64,000 nucleotides of DNA from a virus (Duplodnaviria; Caudoviricetes), in IMG/VR virus record IMGVR_UViG_3300028888_000001; one strand, 5' to 3'. The position numbers and the translations under genes were made by a program. Positions 58,802 to 64,000 of the stretch are shown one piece after another (the first letter of the stretch is position 1; each line of letters opens with the position of its first letter). The notes below the pieces were generated by a model. The model was not told where the DNA came from. It saw only the letters and a program-made list of their open reading frames with translations, and made no database searches.

Positions 58802-58943
58802 TCTTGTCGTGAAAGATAATAACGAGAATGAAGAAGATGAGTATAAAGATACTATCCATTCTTATCGTGATGAAATCGGCGACGATGATTACGATTATAT
58901 AAATGGCCGTCATGCTAGTTACGATGACGAGTATTATGATTAA
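58767..58943 (+). CDS. Small acidic hypothetical protein
   Basis: Part of ORF 58710..58943. It fills the operon gap, but the start is uncertain. Confidence 0.45.
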   Translation: MSTKVEKKLNYNLVVKDNNENEEDEYKDTIHSYRDEIGDDDYDYINGRHASYDDEYYD

Positions 58944-58960
58944 AAAGAGATGGCATTATT

Positions 58961-59146
58961 ATGGCTAAAGTAAAATCTACCGAAGGAAAAAGAGATTTTA
59001 TAGCATTCATTTCTAGTATGAGCGATACAGAAATAAATGATTATATAAAATCTCACGGTAAACCACCAAAGAAAATAGAAATAATCCAGTTAGTAGATAA
59101 ATCCAGCAGGAGTTTAGAAGAATGGTTGAAATGTTTAAACAGTTAA
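58961..59146 (+). CDS. Small hypothetical protein
   Basis: 61-aa ORF in the operon. Confidence 0.55.
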   Translation: MAKVKSTEGKRDFIAFISSMSDTEINDYIKSHGKPPKKIEIIQLVDKSSRSLEEWLKCLNS

Positions 59147-59325
59147 AAAACGTTGCATTTATAATCTGTATTTCTTTCATCACTTATCAAGCGATGAGAA
59201 TGACCAATAATGTAAAGTGGATATGGTTTATGTTATTTGGATTATTTGCTTTATAATAAAGTGATATAAAGAATAATACAGTTATAAAATATATAATATT
59301 TTTATTTTAAAGGAGGCACAACAAA

Positions 59326-59874
59326 ATGAAAGATGTAACAAGAGTACAGGATCTTATTAAGCAAATTCAGGATACTAGAACACAGACAGCAGCCAATGCT
59401 AAAGATGAAGTTAGGGTAGCTCAAGCTATGCTTAACGATCCTGAGTATAAGGTTGATATCTATACTAAGAAAGGCATCCAAGGTCAGTATTGTCCATATG
59501 AAGAAACCAGAGCTATGTGCGCTGATATTATTAAAGACACAACTAAGATGTCTCAGGCTGAAGCTGAAGAGTTATCCAAGAATTATCAGTTTGATAAGAA
59601 TACAGCACAGACCATGGTAAACTTCAGTAAAGAGTTTGTTAATACATATATTCAGACTGGAAGAAAGCTACCGCTTGGTGGAAGAGAGCGTTCTAATGTG
59701 CAGCTAGCTCTCAAAACAAAAGAAGCCAAAGTTGCTACATTCCCGTCTGCTACATCGGTTGATGCTAATGGTAATAAGATTTATTCCACTACACAGGGTA
59801 AGCTTGTTCCAGAACATGATACAGTTAAGGTCTTTTCAAGCTGTCCTGCATGGTTACAGGATAAATCAGAGTGA
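59326..59874 (+). CDS. Hypothetical phage protein
   Basis: 182 aa, AAGGAGG RBS, terminator at 59897-59918. Confidence 0.75.
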   Translation: MKDVTRVQDLIKQIQDTRTQTAANAKDEVRVAQAMLNDPEYKVDIYTKKGIQGQYCPYEETRAMCADIIKDTTKMSQAEAEELSKNYQFDKNTAQTMVNFSKEFVNTYIQTGRKLPLGGRERSNVQLALKTKEAKVATFPSATSVDANGNKIYSTTQGKLVPEHDTVKVFSSCPAWLQDKSE

Positions 59875-59979
59875 TTATATAAATACATATCGGAACCCGG
59901 AGGGAGAAATCCCTCCGGATTATTTTTTGTTTAAATTTGACATTTTAGTAATTTTAGTATAAAAGGAGGCTAAAAATCA

Positions 59980-62900
59980 ATGGCTTTCAAACTACCAAAA
60001 TTAACCCGCTCAAACACAAATTACTTAAAGAACGCTGTTAAATCTATAACTTTTATCGCTGCAGATGTGGCTAAGTCTGATCTTGTCCCTGCAGTAAGCG
60101 ATTTCGTCGAAAGTAATAAAGATTTCGTTAAAGCCACTTACAGTAATATCCGAATTCCAAAGATGAAAGATAGGAGGAATATTTCTGCTTTTAGTAATAA
60201 TAAAATCTTCCAAGCTGTAAATTATGGTATTAACAATCTTAAAACCGATCTCGCATCAGGCGATTTCTATGCTAAAGCTAGAGCAGATGCTGACCTAGCT
60301 GAAGTAATGGGATTCGATATGTCTGATTGGGATGATTTAGATAATTTTGATTTCGAAAACTTTGATGACATCGATAACGCTCCCAGTGCTGAGCCTCAAA
60401 TGACTAAAGGCGATGCAGCCATAGTTAAATCAATAGAAGCAACCTCTAGCGCTAGCGCTAGAGCTACAGTTAACGCCGTTGTGAGCAGTACAGAGCAAAG
60501 TATAAAAAGTTCTAGGCTCATTTCTGGTATGCTATTCCAACAGCAGGAAAAAATATTTGCTTCTACGCATAGAGATCTCTCACTTATTGGAGGAACACTA
60601 TCTTCACTATTTGAATTTACTAAAGGAGTTCTTGGCAATATTGATAGCAATCTTAGTGAATTTCAGACTGAAATGCTGAAGACAACAAATGCACAGACTG
60701 AAATTCTAAAAGATATCTTAGAGATCCAAAGAAATCAATATAAGTCAGCACAAGAACGTGAACTAGAAAACGCACAGAAACGCTCATCCAAACGCAAGCG
60801 GCTAGGAGACATATACGGCATAGATGATTATGTCGATATGGTTAAAGATAATGTAAGTTCTCTTATGTCTGAGTTTGGGTTTGGCGGAGATGAAGGCGGT
60901 TTAGGCGTTGATTCAATAATAAAAATGTTTGGGGCTGCTCCTGTAAAGGAGATTTTAACATTTGGTATGTCTAAAATGATACCATCTATAGTAAAAACAG
61001 CTACCCAAGCATTGGATACTACTATATCAAGTGTGTTTGCTAATATAATGGCAAGGCTTGATAATAATAAAGATGACTTTGGTATTCTAGGTTTTATCTC
61101 TAGAATATTTGGTGTTAACACTGACGTTTCTTCAACTATCAACACAGCTAAATATGAAAAAGGTCCAGTGCCATTTGATGGTATAACTAGAAAAGCAATT
61201 ATCGATGTTATACCTGGATATCTGTCTAGAATAGAAGCATTCTTAACTGGAAAGCCGATGCAAGATTTTGACTTCGAAAGTGGTAGATGGCAAGATCTTG
61301 CTAAGGGCAGAACTAGATTTGAAAAAGCAAAACAAGACCGTATTAACTATGCATTATATGATGTTAAAAATGCTGGTTTTGAAGACGCTGTTAAAAACGC
61401 TGCCCCATCGAATGAAGCTGAAAAGAAAAAATGGGAAAAAGCTGCAAACGATTTTCTTAATGAGTTTCTAGCTAAAAGATTAGGTGTTTATAATGCAAAC
61501 GTAACAGATCCAGATAAAAATGGCATAGATATAACAAAAAATCCAGAGTTATATAAATACTTCTCTCAACTTTTAAAGATATATGATACATTTGACGCTG
61601 AAGAGTACACTGACTCTAAAGGTAGAAAAAGAACAAGATACACTAAATCTAGTGTAAAAGCTAAACTGCCTGCAGAGTTAATGGAAGCAAGAACAGCCCA
61701 ACAAAGAGCTATTGAAGAAATGGGCTCTACTGGGCATTCGTCTGTAGTAAAAGCATTTGAATATAAAGATGCTGCTATACCTGAATTTGCTGAAAGCTTT
61801 GTAGATAGACTCGCTGGTAAATTTGGGAGCACGAATTTAAGTACTCAATCAATAAACGATCTCTTTTCTTATAGAGATAATTATGGTAATACATTGCATA
61901 CATATCTCTATAATATAAACAGAGAACTTCAATACATAAGGCTATATGGTAGCACGTCTGCAGCAGCTCCTAAACCAGAAAACACAAGTAGCGCTAGGAG
62001 TAATATTATTGGTAGTATAACCGGAGCGGATCAAGCATTTTTCAGTTCTAGATATGGAAGTACAATCAATAATACTGCATCTACAACGTCTACAGCATCA
62101 GATGCTGCTAGAAGATTTGAAGCTATTGATCTTAGAGACGTAGCTTATCTCAATGAACAAGAAAGACTTAGACAAGAAAGATTAGCTGCAGAAGAAGAGG
62201 CTAGACAAAAAGCTGAAGATGAAGCTAGGCAGAAAGCCGAAGCAGCCGCTAAATCTAATTATAAAAAGAGTACATTTGCTAAGATTTTAAGTGATGATAC
62301 ACTAGATCTTAGAAGCTTTTCTGGTGATGAAAGAGATTATGTTTTAGGCCTTAGTAAGCTTGCCGCTAGAGGCCAATCTGACAAGATTAGAGCTATATAC
62401 GAAGACGTTAATGATACTACAGATGGATACAACGAAAAGAAAGTTTCTGATTTCTTTAAGAAACAATTTATCGATGCTGGTATCACGTCTAAAGAATTAT
62501 ATGAAACGGCTATTTCTCGTGCTGACGCTCAAGGCAAACGAACCTATGAAGTTATCAGTGATTCTGAAAGATCTTTCTTAAATAAAATTTTAAGAAAGAT
62601 TAAAATTGCTCGTGAAGGTAGTTTTCTAGATAACATCACGGCAGCTCCAGCTAAGGCATTTTCTAATATCTTGTATAGTGCTGATAGAGCAATTTACGAG
62701 ATGTTTTTCAAATATGAATTTAAAGATGAGAACGGTAATGACTATAATGGATTCTTAGACTTTCTTGCTGGGCAGACTAAGAGCGTTATTGATAAAATTA
62801 AGACTCAGATATTCGATCCGTTAAGAGAGAAATTCAATAATTTCATTGAAGGTACAATCTTTAAGAAAGAAAACAGAGAAGAATTCTTTAAGGGACTTAA

Positions 62901-64000
62901 AGAGACTTTCTTAGGAGGAGCCAGTAAAATTGGCTCTACTGTAGTTACAGGAACCAACGAAGTTATAGTACAGCCAGCTTTAAATGCTGCTGATGCTGCA
63001 GGCATCAAAGGTAAAGCTGAAGAAATAGTCAATAGAGTTTTTAACAATGGAGAAGAACAGCCAGCTGCAGCAACTCAACAAGTTGAGCAGCCAGCTCAAC
63101 AACAAACTACAGAACAGACTGCAGAGCATAATGCTTTAGGTTCATTAGGAAGGCCATATACTGGAAGAACAATGCTAACTAAAGGCGAGGTTCTTCTTAA
63201 CGGTAGAGGTGCTCAAGTTGTTCCTAAAACAGGACTGTATAATGTAGTAAATTCTCATATTGTTAATACTGAAGATGCTCATGATTATCTTGGTGTACCA
63301 GGCCCTAGAACTACTATTACTCAAGCTAAAGCTGCTGAGAATGCTGCTGAAAAAAGAATATTTGGTAGGCACGCTGAAGGTACTATAGATATCGATAAAT
63401 TTATAAACTCTCAAGGCAATATATTTAATAAGAAATACACCAAGATGAGTAAAGACGAAGCTCAGCAAATTGTTAAAGACGCTGTTGGTGACGCTAAGAG
63501 TGTTGGACAAATTGCTGGTGGCGGTCTTCTAGGTGCATTAATATCTGGTATATTCGGTCTTGCCGGTGGTCCTCTTGTAGGTGCTGGTGTTGGTGCCGCT
63601 ATTACTCTTGCCAAGAAATCAAAGACTTTACAGAATTTCTTATTTGGTAAGGTTGGAGAAAATGGTGAAAGAGAAGATAACGGTATTATAAAGAAATCTG
63701 TACAGGACGCATTTAAGAAATATGCACCAGATATGGCTAAATTTGCTGGTGCTGGTTTTGCCGCTAGTTTAATAACTCCTTTAGGTCCTGTAGGCGGTAT
63801 TATGCTAGGTGCTGCCGCTGGTTATCTGAAGAATAACGAAGAGATGAGAGAACGGATCTTCGGTAGATTAAAGATCGGCGACAAAGAAAAAGAAGTCATA
63901 AAGAAAATGCTTCCTGCTGGGCTTAAAGGTGCAAGCGTTGGTGCCATTGCTACATTATTTGGAGGGCCATTTGGTCTTATAGGTAATGCTGCTCTTGGCG
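59980..64000 (+). CDS. Tape-measure-like large tail protein, 3'-truncated by the window edge (absent from the ORF track)
   Basis: ATG at 59980 after an AAGGAGG RBS and late motif (59939-59952). Reads MAFKLPKLTRSNTNY... with PFDGITRKAIIDVIPGYLSRIE, a helical composition and Gly/Ala-rich hydrophobic segments near the end. Confidence 0.75.
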   Translation, partial: MAFKLPKLTRSNTNYLKNAVKSITFIAADVAKSDLVPAVSDFVESNKDFVKATYSNIRIPKMKDRRNISAFSNNKIFQAVNYGINNLKTDLASGDFYAKARADADLAEVMGFDMSDWDDLDNFDFENFDDIDNAPSAEPQMTKGDAAIVKSIEATSSASARATVNAVVSSTEQSIKSSRLISGMLFQQQEKIFASTHRDLSLIGGTLSSLFEFTKGVLGNIDSNLSEFQTEMLKTTNAQTEILKDILEIQRNQYKSAQERELENAQKRSSKRKRLGDIYGIDDYVDMVKDNVSSLMSEFGFGGDEGGLGVDSIIKMFGAAPVKEILTFGMSKMIPSIVKTATQALDTTISSVFANIMARLDNNKDDFGILGFISRIFGVNTDVSSTINTAKYEKGPVPFDGITRKAIIDVIPGYLSRIEAFLTGKPMQDFDFESGRWQDLAKGRTRFEKAKQDRINYALYDVKNAGFEDAVKNAAPSNEAEKKKWEKAANDFLNEFLAKRLGVYNANVTDPDKNGIDITKNPELYKYFSQLLKIYDTFDAEEYTDSKGRKRTRYTKSSVKAKLPAELMEARTAQQRAIEEMGSTGHSSVVKAFEYKDAAIPEFAESFVDRLAGKFGSTNLSTQSINDLFSYRDNYGNTLHTYLYNINRELQYIRLYGSTSAAAPKPENTSSARSNIIGSITGADQAFFSSRYGSTINNTASTTSTASDAARRFEAIDLRDVAYLNEQERLRQERLAAEEEARQKAEDEARQKAEAAAKSNYKKSTFAKILSDDTLDLRSFSGDERDYVLGLSKLAARGQSDKIRAIYEDVNDTTDGYNEKKVSDFFKKQFIDAGITSKELYETAISRADAQGKRTYEVISDSERSFLNKILRKIKIAREGSFLDNITAAPAKAFSNILYSADRAIYEMFFKYEFKDENGNDYNGFLDFLAGQTKSVIDKIKTQIFDPLREKFNNFIEGTIFKKENREEFFKGLKETFLGGASKIGSTVVTGTNEVIVQPALNAADAAGIKGKAEEIVNRVFNNGEEQPAAATQQVEQPAQQQTTEQTAEHNALGSLGRPYTGRTMLTKGEVLLNGRGAQVVPKTGLYNVVNSHIVNTEDAHDYLGVPGPRTTITQAKAAENAAEKRIFGRHAEGTIDIDKFINSQGNIFNKKYTKMSKDEAQQIVKDAVGDAKSVGQIAGGGLLGALISGIFGLAGGPLVGAGVGAAITLAKKSKTLQNFLFGKVGENGEREDNGIIKKSVQDAFKKYAPDMAKFAGAGFAASLITPLGPVGGIMLGAAAGYLKNNEEMRERIFGRLKIGDKEKEVIKKMLPAGLKGASVGAIATLFGGPFGLIGNAALG

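Noticed and set aside
1-64000. Alternative genetic code (stop-codon reassignment)
   Set aside because: Conserved genes are full-length and densely packed under the standard code. The start-less cassettes are not explained by readthrough.
1-64000. tRNA or rRNA genes
   Set aside because: No cloverleaf or rRNA-like segment was recognised in the short intergenic regions by eye. A covariance-model scan was not run.

Overview
This is an AT-rich, densely coding segment of a jumbo tailed phage of the AR9/PBS1/phiKZ type, with a probable spore-forming Firmicute host (strong GGAGG ribosome-binding sites, a Spo0A-like gene). It encodes three subunits of a phage multisubunit RNA polymerase: beta (53310-57659), a beta' N-part with NADYDGD (3676-5325) and a beta' C-part (14737-16266). 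Structural genes include baseplate/tail genes, the 5' part of a tape-measure-like gene running off the right end, and a paralogous family of probable internal head proteins. Accessory genes include NADAR, an HNH-AP2 endonuclease, an SNF2 helicase, a MYG1 nuclease, an ABC exporter, a Spo0A-C-like protein and an orphan receiver domain. Two promoter classes are readable from the DNA: AATTATATATTATA (probably early) and RACA-N6-TAA (AR9-like late). The most striking feature is at 36.4-48.1 kb. Four large, apparently headless enzyme-tipped ORFs (three metallophosphoesterases and one SGNH hydrolase) form two back-to-back pairs. Each begins in frame at the same 12-bp site CTTTCTAACGAT (L-S-N-D), inside two near-identical 84-bp elements. 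This looks like a shufflon-type cassette library for a receptor-binding protein, whose constant part and recombinase are not in the window. Other candidates are a -1 frameshift in a tail chaperone gene, late small RNAs carrying anti-Shine-Dalgarno sequences, and a gene enclosed by 15-bp inverted repeats. All product calls come from motif recognition by eye; no database searches were run.
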